A DNA stretch of 64,000 nt from an uncultured Oscillospiraceae bacterium (GCA_964369205.1 CAYJEK010000006.1:184-64183), one strand, 5' to 3'; shown: positions 18,614-27,324, counted from the first letter of the stretch. Translations and numbers: made by a program. The notes: generated by a model not told the origin, from the sequence alone.

Positions 18614-19477
18614 ATGTTAGTAAACACAAAGGATATGCTTAAAAAAGCAAGAAGTGAGGGTTATGCAGTTGGCCATTTTAATATCAACAATTTAGAGTGG
18701 ACAAAGGCTATTTTATTAACAGCCCAAGAAGAAAACAGTCCTGTTATCTTAGGGGTGTCAGAAGGTGCTGGAAAATACATGACAGGCTATAAAACTATAA
18801 CTGCTATGGTGAAAGCTATGATAGAGGAATTAAAAATAACAGTTCCTGTAGCACTTCATTTAGATCACGGCAGCTATGAAGGGGCAAAAGCTTGTATTGA
18901 AGCTGGTTTTTCATCAGTTATGTTTGATGGTAGCCATTATTCAATAGAAGAAAATATAGAAAAAACAAAAGAAATTGTGGCGCTAGCTAAAGAAAAAGGT
19001 GTTTCAGTTGAAGCAGAAGTTGGTTCTATTGGCGGAGAAGAAGATGGTGTTACAGGCAAAGGCGAAGTTGCAGATGAAAAAGAATGTGCATTAATTGCTG
19101 GCCTTGGAATAGATATTTTAGCTGCAGGTATAGGTAATATTCATGGTAAATACCCAGAAAACTGGCAAGGGCTTGATTTTGAAGCACTTGAAAAAATTAA
19201 TAATGCAGTTGATATGATGCCTATCGTTTTACACGGTGGTACAGGTATTCCAGAGGATATGATTAAAAAAGCAATTTCTCTAGGTGTTGCAAAAATAAAT
19301 GTAAACACAGAATGCCAAACAGCTTTTGCAGCGGCAACAAGAGAATACATTTTAGCAAATAAAGATTTACAAGGAAAAGGCTTTGATCCAAGAAAACTTC
19401 TTCAACCAGGGTTTGAAGCAATTAAAACAGTTGTTAAAGAAAAAATGGAACTGTTTGGAAGTGTAAATAAAGCATAA
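18614..19477 (+). CDS. fba: class II fructose-1,6-bisphosphate aldolase
   Basis: GYAVGHFNINNLEW, ALHLDHG, GNIHG and LHGGTG motifs. Confidence 0.95.
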   Translation: MLVNTKDMLKKARSEGYAVGHFNINNLEWTKAILLTAQEENSPVILGVSEGAGKYMTGYKTITAMVKAMIEELKITVPVALHLDHGSYEGAKACIEAGFSSVMFDGSHYSIEENIEKTKEIVALAKEKGVSVEAEVGSIGGEEDGVTGKGEVADEKECALIAGLGIDILAAGIGNIHGKYPENWQGLDFEALEKINNAVDMMPIVLHGGTGIPEDMIKKAISLGVAKINVNTECQTAFAAATREYILANKDLQGKGFDPRKLLQPGFEAIKTVVKEKMELFGSVNKA

Positions 19478-19490
19478 ATGTTATATATAA

Positions 19491-19526
19491 AAAAAGCAGA
19501 CACTATTTTGATAGTGTCTGCTTTTA
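19491..19526. terminator. bidirectional terminator between fba and the flavodoxin gene
   Basis: 12-bp stem agcagacactat / atagtgtctgct flanked by A and T runs. Confidence 0.85.
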
Positions 19527-19543
19527 AATTATATTAATTGAAA

Positions 19544-20032
19544 TTAACCGAATATTTCAAGAGTTTTTTCAGCCATTCTTTGTCCATAAATTTCGAATGT
19601 TTCAATATTTTCATCTATCATTTTAGTAATACCCACAGGCCCTAAATGAATAACAGGAACTCCTTTAGAAGCACCAGCTGAATATGTAAGCATTCCAAGG
19701 CACATAATATGGTCTAAAATTGTTCTTATTCCAAGTTCGCCGCCACCGTGGATGTAACCAGCGGTTGCAAAAGCGCCGCCTATTTTTCCGCTTAGTGCAC
19801 AATTTCTAGAGCCTGTTTCTAGCCAAACTTTCATATCGCCAGTAATTGAAGCCATATAAATTGGTGAGCCGAAAACAACACATTTGCTTTCTTTTACAAA
19901 TTCTTCATCAACTTCTTTTATTGAAAAAGTTTTAACTTCAACATTACCAGCTTTTTGCATTCCTGCTGCAATAGCCTTTGCTGCTTTATCAGTTGTACCG
20001 CTTTTTGAATCATAAATAATAGATAGTTTCAT
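19544..20032 (-). CDS. flavodoxin-family protein
   Basis: The MKLSIIYDSKSGTTDKAAKAIA N-terminus is typical of flavodoxin-like FMN proteins. 162 aa, with AAGGAGG upstream. Confidence 0.8.
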   Translation of the reverse strand: MKLSIIYDSKSGTTDKAAKAIAAGMQKAGNVEVKTFSIKEVDEEFVKESKCVVFGSPIYMASITGDMKVWLETGSRNCALSGKIGGAFATAGYIHGGGELGIRTILDHIMCLGMLTYSAGASKGVPVIHLGPVGITKMIDENIETFEIYGQRMAEKTLEIFG

Positions 20033-20081
20033 AAAATCCTCCTTGAATTAAGTTAGTAAAAGCTAACTTTGTTTAGTATAA

Positions 20082-20119
20082 ATTACCCATATAATCTAAA
20101 ATGTGATTATATGGGTAAT
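20082..20119. repeat. perfect 15-bp inverted repeat in the flavodoxin leader
   Basis: attacccatataatc (20082-20096), 8-nt loop, gattatatgggtaat (20105-20119). Confidence 0.9.
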
Positions 20120-20129
20120 GCTTACATTG

Positions 20130-20158
20130 ATTATATCAAGTGATATATATAAAGTCAA
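20130..20158 (-). promoter_or_regulatory. sigma-A consensus promoter for the flavodoxin gene
   Basis: On the minus strand: TTGACT, 17-nt spacer, TATAAT, immediately upstream of the 15-bp inverted repeat. Confidence 0.65.
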
Positions 20159-20170
20159 TGCTAGAATATT

Positions 20171-21223
20171 TTATGAAAGTTTTGTTTTAGCATCCATTAA
20201 TGCTTTTTGATAATCTGTTATATCAATAGTAACAGAAGTTTTTAAATCTTCAACATCTGGAATGTTTGGATAATCTTCGCTTTTCTCATAAGTTGGCATT
20301 GCTAAAACTTCATCTATAGTTTTTCCAACAGAATAATCTTCAAGAGCTGCTAATTGCTCATCTAATTCTTTTTCAATAGGAGATGCAATTATCATATTAT
20401 AATCAGCGCCTCTTTCAACCTTTGTTCGAAGTTCGATTTCTCCAGTTAACATACCGTCTACATCGAAGTTAATGTATTGCTGAGAAGCATCAAATTTTAA
20501 ATCAATAATTGTTCCCTCACTATTAGTTGCAAGGCCTACAAAAGTTGATGTGATTTCAACCATTGGTCCAGTTTCAGTTCCATCGCCCTCTTTTGGAGCA
20601 ACAGTTACACTAACGCCAAGAGCAACATCTGCTGGCATTTCTGAAAGTGGCATTGCTGTTTCGTATGCTTTATTAAGATTTTCAATATAATCAGAAATAG
20701 CTATAGTAACGCCTGCTTTTAAATCTTCATCAGTAGAGTGCATAGAGCTTATTTCTTCAACTGTTTTTCCTACCATCCACTCTTCTAAAGCCATAAACTG
20801 CTCATAAGCTTCTTTTTTTATAGGTGAATAATCTTTCATTCCATATTCATCACCGCGCTGAACTTTAGTTCTTGTTTCAATTTCATTTGCAACAGCACCA
20901 GTAGAATCAAATTCAACAATTTGCTCAGTTACATCAAAAGATACATCCATAACTTTGCCGTCCATATCAAATATAACAGCCATCATAGAAGTTTCCATTT
21001 CAGCTACAGCATTTTCGCCGTCTGCAGCGCTTTTACTGTATGACATAGGAATAGCAGCAACTCCAAGCATATATTCGCCACCGCTCATTTCTTCCTCGGT
21101 AGTCTCTTCTGTTGTTTCAGTTGTAGTCGCTTCTTCAGTAGTTTCTTCACTCGGTGTAGTAGAACATCCTACTAAAGAAAATACTAACATTAAAGATAAT
21201 AACAATGCAATAAATTTTTTCAT
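20171..21223 (-). CDS. lipoprotein with an internal tandem domain duplication
   Basis: Signal peptide plus lipobox (LVGCS), then a T/E-rich linker, then two repeats of about 150 aa (…ETRTKVQRGDEYGM…VGKTVEEISSM / …ELRTKVERGADYNM…VGKTIDEVLAM). ATG 21223 was preferred over the TTG at 21229. Confidence 0.7.
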   Translation of the reverse strand: MKKFIALLLSLMLVFSLVGCSTTPSEETTEEATTTETTEETTEEEMSGGEYMLGVAAIPMSYSKSAADGENAVAEMETSMMAVIFDMDGKVMDVSFDVTEQIVEFDSTGAVANEIETRTKVQRGDEYGMKDYSPIKKEAYEQFMALEEWMVGKTVEEISSMHSTDEDLKAGVTIAISDYIENLNKAYETAMPLSEMPADVALGVSVTVAPKEGDGTETGPMVEITSTFVGLATNSEGTIIDLKFDASQQYINFDVDGMLTGEIELRTKVERGADYNMIIASPIEKELDEQLAALEDYSVGKTIDEVLAMPTYEKSEDYPNIPDVEDLKTSVTIDITDYQKALMDAKTKLS

Positions 21224-21257
21224 AAACAAATCAATCCTTTCGTTATCCTAAAATATA

Positions 21258-21310
21258 AAAATTACATTAATATTATTTTGCAAAATGCAAATATATATTA
21301 ATGTAATTTT
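21258..21310. repeat. 16-bp perfect inverted repeat with a nested palindrome
   Basis: aaaattacattaatat (21258-73) pairs with atattaatgtaatttt (21295-310). The loop contains ttgca-aaa-tgcaa. Confidence 0.85.
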
Positions 21311-21436
21311 ATCATATGAATATTACGTTATTAATATGAATGTGTTTATAAAATGTTAATAAAATTTGAATAATTAAATATAAATTATTAGAATAAGCTA
21401 AAGAAAGATTTATATATTAAATTGAAACTAATATGT

Positions 21437-21790
21437 TTAATTTTCAAAGAAAATATTTAATCCAAATTTTTTACAAGCATTCGCCAAAACAAGATTATTA
21501 TAATAATACAAAGTGCTAACTTTATTTTTATATAAAAATTTTGCTAAATTCATAGGATCATTATTAAATACAAAAATATCTCTATAATCATTCACTTTAT
21601 CGCCAAGCTCTGCGCTATTATATGCTATAAGTATAAAAATTTTTTCTTTACTATAATTTTTATGGTAAAAATCTAGAGCTTTATGCGAAGCGGAGGTATC
21701 ATTTAAATCATTTAAAATTAATGCAATATTATTTCGTTTTGTAAGTCTAAATGCTAAAAGTCCCCATAATTTAAAAGCTAGTTGTTTCAT
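21437..21790 (-). CDS. hypothetical protein, translationally coupled to the upstream glycosyltransferase-like gene
   Basis: 117 aa with an ATGA start/stop overlap with the 394-aa gene. No motif recognised. Confidence 0.4.
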   Translation of the reverse strand: MKQLAFKLWGLLAFRLTKRNNIALILNDLNDTSASHKALDFYHKNYSKEKIFILIAYNSAELGDKVNDYRDIFVFNNDPMNLAKFLYKNKVSTLYYYNNLVLANACKKFGLNIFFEN

Positions 21791-22971
21791 TTTACACCTT
21801 TCGTAATTAAATCGTTTAGAATAGTTTTTAGAGAATTAACAGCTTGTGAATGCTCGGCTGCTAATTTTTCTAAAATTAAAAAATTATGTTTTACTATATT
21901 TAAATAATTTTCATAAGAAAAATCAAAGTTATTTATTTCATTATAATTTACGCCTATCATACCAAGAGATAAAAAATCTCCTATATTATCAGATTTTAAA
22001 ATAGGTATTAGTCCAAATTGCAGATATTCGATAATTTTAGTTGGGCATGCCACACGATTTACAGCAATATCATCCCTTATTATAAATCCAAAATGCATAG
22101 TTTTATAAAAATCTAAAACCTCTGAAGATGTTGCAGTAGTGATATCACAAAAACTTTCAAAATTTTCGATGTAATTTGATTTTAAAAACTGTTCTTTTTG
22201 GTGGGTAAAAACAGTGAAATTAAAGTTTTGATGATTTTTATAAATAACATCTTTCATTAACTCAACATTTTGCCAAGGCATAGCATTTCCAGCATATACA
22301 AAGTTTTTAATTTCTTTTGGTTTTGTGCTGATGATGCTATCTAGTGTATTAGTTGAAACATTAAATACACTAGTGTTTATAGTGTTTGATAACTTAGTAT
22401 TATATTTATTTTCAAAATGAAGTTTCATATTTTCGCTAATTACAACGATGGAATTTGCATTTTTTAAAAGAAGTTCTTCCGCATAGGTTGCATTTTGTGC
22501 CTCGTAATAGTTTTTAAATAATACATACTCCTCTGGAACAGCGCCGTGTACATCCCAAAAAGTGTACACGTTTTTTTGTGTAAACATCTTTTCAAATCCA
22601 TCGCCTAATCTAGAGTGCATTGCCCTCATCGCGCTATGAACATATAAAATCTTGCACAGTTTTATTATTTTAATTGCAAAATTAATGCTTTTCTTTTGAT
22701 GAGAGGGAAGATTCAATAATAGATGACGTGGACTTTTTTTATATAAAGTAGGCTCAGTGTCATGGGATTCAAAATCTATATGTATACAGGCATGAGGATG
22801 TAAAATTTTCTCATCAACAGCGCGTACTCTTTGTAAATACCCTTCATTTGCATTTTCAAAGTATGGTGAAAAAACACAGATAGTTGCCAAATTATTGTGT
22901 TTGTTTTCATTGATGAATTGTTTTATTTTACTTATAATATCTTTGTTTTGCAAAAAAAATGCACCTCTCAT
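21787..22971 (-). CDS. GT-B fold (GT4-like) glycosyltransferase, putative
   Basis: 394 aa. Segments ANSIVVISENMKLHF, FVYAGNAMPWQN and PTKIIEYLQFGLIPIL resemble GT1/GT4 C-terminal motifs. This is a weak, by-eye call. Confidence 0.5.
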   Translation of the reverse strand: MRGAFFLQNKDIISKIKQFINENKHNNLATICVFSPYFENANEGYLQRVRAVDEKILHPHACIHIDFESHDTEPTLYKKSPRHLLLNLPSHQKKSINFAIKIIKLCKILYVHSAMRAMHSRLGDGFEKMFTQKNVYTFWDVHGAVPEEYVLFKNYYEAQNATYAEELLLKNANSIVVISENMKLHFENKYNTKLSNTINTSVFNVSTNTLDSIISTKPKEIKNFVYAGNAMPWQNVELMKDVIYKNHQNFNFTVFTHQKEQFLKSNYIENFESFCDITTATSSEVLDFYKTMHFGFIIRDDIAVNRVACPTKIIEYLQFGLIPILKSDNIGDFLSLGMIGVNYNEINNFDFSYENYLNIVKHNFLILEKLAAEHSQAVNSLKTILNDLITKGVK

Positions 22972-22992
22972 TCTTAAAAATTCTATGATATA

Positions 22993-23970
22993 TTAATTAG
23001 ATAAAAAATCATTGTGAGTGTAGTTTTTAGCTTTGTTTGGGTTTAATATAAAAGTTAGCATAGAAAAAACTTCTTTTTTTGAGTGTTTTGGATTTTTTAA
23101 AATGCTAGAATATGTTTTATTTGCGATTGATATAAAGGTTTTACGAATAGATTTATCTGTTTGATTACTAGCCTCAATTAATAAATCATAAAAAAATAGC
23201 CTTTGAACTTTATATAAAACATCGTATTCGCCCAAATCCTTTAGTGTGTTCATACGCATTTCTTTATAAGGAACACTTTTTAGCCATTTATCAGCTTTGA
23301 TTCCAAGTCGCGATTGGCTGTTTGGGTTTTTTCGATAATGCATTAATGGTGTGTATTCCACTGCAATTTCTTTAGCTTTATATAAAACATTATCTATAAC
23401 ACAATCATCCTCATTTAGCGCACCAGCTGGAAATTGAACCTCGTTATAGATACTTTTATGATATAATTTTGCCCAAGGTACAACGTAGAGTACCTGCATC
23501 GATGTACAAAGACGCTCTATATATATAATTGGATTTAGTATTTCAATGTCGTGTCTTTTTGGTTTAGCTGTATTTCGTGTAAATACTTCATCGTACTGCG
23601 CTTCTACAAAGGAAGAAACAGCCATTTTAACATTTTTTTCTTTACATATACTAAGTAATGTTTCAATTAAATATATATTAGCAAAATCATCACAGTCTAA
23701 AAAGCAAATATATTCGCCACTAGCAATTGAAAGCCCAGTGTTTCTCGCGCTAGAAGTTCCTTGATTTTCTTGATGAATTACTATAATTCTAGAATCCTTA
23801 TCTTTATATTCATCGCAAATAACCCCGCAATTATCAGGGCTTCCATCATCAATTAAAATAATTTCAAGGTTTTTATATGTTTGATTTACAACACTTTCTA
23901 AACAGCTTTTTAAAAAACTTTCAGCTTTGTAAACTGGAATAATAACAGATATAAGTGGCATATTTTCCAT
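22993..23970 (-). CDS. family 2 glycosyltransferase
   Basis: ISVIIPVYKAESFL, ILIDDGSPD and FLDCDD motifs. Confidence 0.85.
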   Translation of the reverse strand: MENMPLISVIIPVYKAESFLKSCLESVVNQTYKNLEIILIDDGSPDNCGVICDEYKDKDSRIIVIHQENQGTSSARNTGLSIASGEYICFLDCDDFANIYLIETLLSICKEKNVKMAVSSFVEAQYDEVFTRNTAKPKRHDIEILNPIIYIERLCTSMQVLYVVPWAKLYHKSIYNEVQFPAGALNEDDCVIDNVLYKAKEIAVEYTPLMHYRKNPNSQSRLGIKADKWLKSVPYKEMRMNTLKDLGEYDVLYKVQRLFFYDLLIEASNQTDKSIRKTFISIANKTYSSILKNPKHSKKEVFSMLTFILNPNKAKNYTHNDFLSN

Positions 23971-24034
23971 AAAAATACTATTCTCCTCTTTATAAAATAT
24001 GATACTAGTATATCATATTCATATATAAAATCCA

Positions 24035-24070
24035 AATAAAAAAATCCTGTAAAATATTACAGGATTTTTA
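24035..24070. terminator. terminator after spo0A
   Basis: aaatcctgta-aaatat-tacaggattt flanked by A/T runs. Confidence 0.8.
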
Positions 24071-24072
24071 AT

Positions 24073-24831
24073 TTATACAATTTTATTACTTCTTCTAAGT
24101 TCTAATCTAATTTTATCTGCTATCATAGCAATGAATTCAGAGTTTGTTGGTTTTCCGCGCATATTATTTATAGTGTAGCCAAAATAATCATCTAAAACAT
24201 CAACATTACCTCTATCCCAAGCCACTTCGATTGCATGCCTTATAGCTCTTTCAACTCTTGAAGCTGTTGTAGAATTTAGTTTTGCAATATCTGGATATAA
24301 TCGCTTGGTAACAAGATTTATAATAGCAGGATCGTTAATACTTGCCATAATTGCTTGCCTTAAAAATACATAGCCTTTAATGTGAGCAGGAACTCCCATT
24401 TTATGAAGAGTAGTGGTGACAATATCTTCTAAATCAAAGCTTGTATCTTCAATTTTTATATTGAGCATGCTTTCAATTCTTGAATAAGCAACTTCTAAAG
24501 AGAAAGGTTTTAAAAAATAGTAATTAAACCCTTCATTCATAATTTGTTTTATGCTACTTTCGCTATCAAAACTACTTGTGGCAAAAAATAATTTTGGTTT
24601 ATTTTTTAGTTTTAAAGCCTCATCTTTAACAGCAATAGCATCTAAATTTGGCATAAATACATCTAAAAACACAATATCAGGACTTAGCGTCTTTATAGCA
24701 TCTAAGGCAATTAAACCATCCTTTTTGCAAAAGTGAACATTAATGTTTTTTGAGTTGAAAAAGTGAGTGTATCCGTTTATTACATCGTTATCGGATTCAG
24801 TAAAAAGTAAAGTTAGCTGGTTCTTAATCAT
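24073..24831 (-). CDS. spo0A: sporulation master regulator Spo0A
   Basis: The C-terminal effector domain carries the Spo0A signature TASRVERAIRHAIEVAW and GKPTNSEFIAMIAD. The receiver domain has the FLDVFMP Asp and the FLKPF Lys. Confidence 0.9.
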   Translation of the reverse strand: MIKNQLTLLFTESDNDVINGYTHFFNSKNINVHFCKKDGLIALDAIKTLSPDIVFLDVFMPNLDAIAVKDEALKLKNKPKLFFATSSFDSESSIKQIMNEGFNYYFLKPFSLEVAYSRIESMLNIKIEDTSFDLEDIVTTTLHKMGVPAHIKGYVFLRQAIMASINDPAIINLVTKRLYPDIAKLNSTTASRVERAIRHAIEVAWDRGNVDVLDDYFGYTINNMRGKPTNSEFIAMIADKIRLELRRSNKIV

Positions 24832-24883
24832 AAAATTCTCCTAATAAAAATTTATTTTCACAGCTTAAATTAACAACGTTATT

Positions 24884-24912
24884 ATTCTAACATAGTATCA
24901 AGCTTTTTGCAA
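24884..24912 (-). promoter_or_regulatory. candidate sigma-A promoter of spo0A
   Basis: On the minus strand: TTGCAA, 17-nt spacer, TAGAAT. Confidence 0.45.
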
Positions 24913-24920
24913 TAGCTAAT

Positions 24921-24960
24921 ATGGTAAAAAATGGTAATAAATGGTGAAAAAAGGTAGAAA
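24921..24960. repeat. four tandem 10-bp repeats (ATGGTAAAAA-like)
   Basis: atggtaaaaa / atggtaataa / atggtgaaaa / aaggtagaaa with an exact 10-bp period, just upstream of the candidate spo0A -35. Confidence 0.85.
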
Positions 24961-25124
24961 AATGTTGCAAGATTTATTTTATAAAAACAAAAATAGAGAA
25001 TATACTATATAAAAAAGATTTATTGGATTTAAAAAAGATTTAAAGTGAAGAATGAAGCATAGTAAGGATAACTCTATATTTATATATAATAATGTTTTAT
25101 AAGGAAAATGTCAATTTAAAAAGC

Positions 25125-25152
25125 TTGACTATAGTTTTTTTGCTGATATAAT
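25125..25152 (+). promoter_or_regulatory. sigma-A type promoter of the MATE gene
   Basis: TTGACT, 16-nt spacer, TATAAT. Confidence 0.55.
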
Positions 25153-25206
25153 GAGAGTGAAAAGAGATAAAATGTAAAAAAAAGGGAGAAAGATTAAGGA
25201 TTAGAT

Positions 25207-26565
25207 ATGTTAAAAAATAAGTTTTTATTTAATAAAGCGTTTATCGCATCAGTTATATCTATAGCAGTACCAATAGCTTTGCAAAATTTAATTAGCACCG
25301 GTGTTCAAACAATGGATACAATAATGCTCGGACGATTAGGGGATACAGCTGTTTCAGCAGCAGCACTTGGCGGACAGCCATTTTTTTTATTGTCATTATT
25401 AAGTTTTGGTTTAACTGGCGGTGGCTCAGTTTTAATAGCTCAATACTGGGGACAAAAAAACATAGAAGTTATAAAAAAAGTTATGAGAACATCGATGCTT
25501 TTTATAACGGTGGCTTCTTTAATAGTAACATTTATTTGCTTTTTTTATTCAGAAGGAGTTATGAGAATATTTTCAAATGAAGAGGAAGTAGTTAAAGCCT
25601 CAGCAGAATATTTAAAAGTATTATCACTAGGGTTTGTTTTTAATGCTATAGCAAGCAACTACTTAATGAGCATGAGAGCTGTTGAAAAGGTGAAAATGTC
25701 AACAGTTGTTTATGCGATGTCTTTTTTTGTTAATGTGTTTTTTAATTATATATTTATTTTTGGAGAATTCGGCGCACCAGAACTTGGAATTGTAGGAGCT
25801 GCTCTTGGAACAGTTATAGCAAGGATATTTGAATTTTTATGTGCTGTAATATATATGTATTTTATAGAAAAAGAAATAGGATATAAAATGCATTGTATGA
25901 TAAAAAAAGATAAATCAGTAAGAAAAGATTATATTAAAAATGCAACTCCTGTTATTATGAATGAAATGCTTTGGGCATTTGGAACATCGGCTATCACTAT
26001 GGTAATGGGGCGAATGGGGCAAACATTTGTTGCTGCAAATAGTGTTACAATGGTTTTATTTAATCTTGCCTCAGTTACAACTTTTGGTATAGCTAATGCC
26101 TCAGCTGTATTAGCTGGAAAAACTATAGGTGAGGGAGACCTTGAAAAAACACAGAAGGTTGCAAACACTTTAGTTGTTTTAGCTTTTAGTATGGGAGCTA
26201 TTGGAACGATGGTTCTTCTTTTAATAAGAGATCCGTTTTTAAGTTTTTATAATATAACAGACACAGCAAAAGAAATGTCGAGCCAAATGATATTTATTTT
26301 AGCTATATTAATGCCTATTTCATCGGTTGATATAGTGAATGAAATTGGTATACTAAGAGGCGGTGCCGACACAAAATTTGCACTAGGTGTAACTACTGTT
26401 GGTATGTGGGGGCTTAATATTCCGCTTGGAATTTTAATGGGGCTTGTCTTACAGATGCCAGCACCGATAGTGTTTTTATCAATGAGAATAGATAGCTTCT
26501 TTAAAATTCCACTACAATTATATAGAATTGTTACAGGAAAATGGATTAGAAGAGTAACTAAATAG
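25207..26565 (+). CDS. MATE-family efflux transporter
   Basis: 452 aa, about 12 TM segments. The N-terminal VPIALQNLISTGVQTMDTIMLGRLG is typical of NorM/MATE proteins. Confidence 0.88.
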   Translation: MLKNKFLFNKAFIASVISIAVPIALQNLISTGVQTMDTIMLGRLGDTAVSAAALGGQPFFLLSLLSFGLTGGGSVLIAQYWGQKNIEVIKKVMRTSMLFITVASLIVTFICFFYSEGVMRIFSNEEEVVKASAEYLKVLSLGFVFNAIASNYLMSMRAVEKVKMSTVVYAMSFFVNVFFNYIFIFGEFGAPELGIVGAALGTVIARIFEFLCAVIYMYFIEKEIGYKMHCMIKKDKSVRKDYIKNATPVIMNEMLWAFGTSAITMVMGRMGQTFVAANSVTMVLFNLASVTTFGIANASAVLAGKTIGEGDLEKTQKVANTLVVLAFSMGAIGTMVLLLIRDPFLSFYNITDTAKEMSSQMIFILAILMPISSVDIVNEIGILRGGADTKFALGVTTVGMWGLNIPLGILMGLVLQMPAPIVFLSMRIDSFFKIPLQLYRIVTGKWIRRVTK

Positions 26566-26606
26566 GTACAAAAAGGAAAACATTTGTCATTTTCAATAAA
26601 AAATGT

Positions 26607-26635
26607 TTGACATATATACAAATATTTAATATAAT
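26607..26635 (+). promoter_or_regulatory. consensus sigma-A promoter of the sigma-factor gene
   Basis: TTGACA, 17-nt spacer, TATAAT (a perfect consensus). Confidence 0.7.
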
Positions 26636-26669
26636 ATTAATAGAAATTTTAAAAATAGGGCTTTAATGT

Positions 26670-27206
26670 ATGCAAGAAGAAATTATAAAATACTTAAATG
26701 GAGCAAAAAATGGCAATAACTCGGATATAGATTATGTCTTTTCAGCTTTTCGTGGAATAATTTACTCTTATGCAAAAAAGCTGCAAAGTTTAGAATTTGA
26801 TTTTGAGGATGCTACTCAAGAAGGCAATATTGGTTTATTTAAAGCTGTATTAACATACAACGAAACAAAAAATGCCAGTTTTCAAACTTATGCAAATAAA
26901 TGTATTTTAAATAATATGCTTACTGCAAAAACGAAAGCTGGGGCGCAAAAACACCAAATTTTAACAAATGCTGAAGAAATAGACGACAAAATATACTTTA
27001 ATAATCCCGAAACAGACCTTATAATAAAGGAGCAAAACAAAGAATTCATAAAAATTGCAAAAGAAAAACTTTCCTCATATGAGTTTGTTATTTTTTGTCT
27101 ATACACTATGCGTTACTCTTATCAAGAAATTGCTGTTATAGTAAATAAAGATGAGAAGTCGGTAAATAATGCAGTTCAGAGAATTCACAAAAAACTTCGC
27201 AAATAG
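26670..27206 (+). CDS. sigH: sigma-70 family sigma factor, SigH (Spo0H)-like
   Basis: EDATQEGNIGLFKAVLTYNETKNASFQTYANKCILNNMLTAKTKAGAQKH parallels B. subtilis SigH region 2 (EDIVQEGMIGLYKSIRDF…SFKAFAELCITRQIITAIKTATRQKH). Region 4 is YSYQEIAVIVNKDEKSVNNAVQRIHKKL. Confidence 0.7.
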   Translation: MQEEIIKYLNGAKNGNNSDIDYVFSAFRGIIYSYAKKLQSLEFDFEDATQEGNIGLFKAVLTYNETKNASFQTYANKCILNNMLTAKTKAGAQKHQILTNAEEIDDKIYFNNPETDLIIKEQNKEFIKIAKEKLSSYEFVIFCLYTMRYSYQEIAVIVNKDEKSVNNAVQRIHKKLRK

Positions 27207-27324
27207 GAGCACTCGGCTCTTGTTTATAGATAACCATATGCCCCCGAATAGATTAAAGCAAAGCAAGTTTTTAGCATTGGTTTAAATTTTTTAGGGCAAA
27301 AGAACACTAAAAGGAGAGATACCA

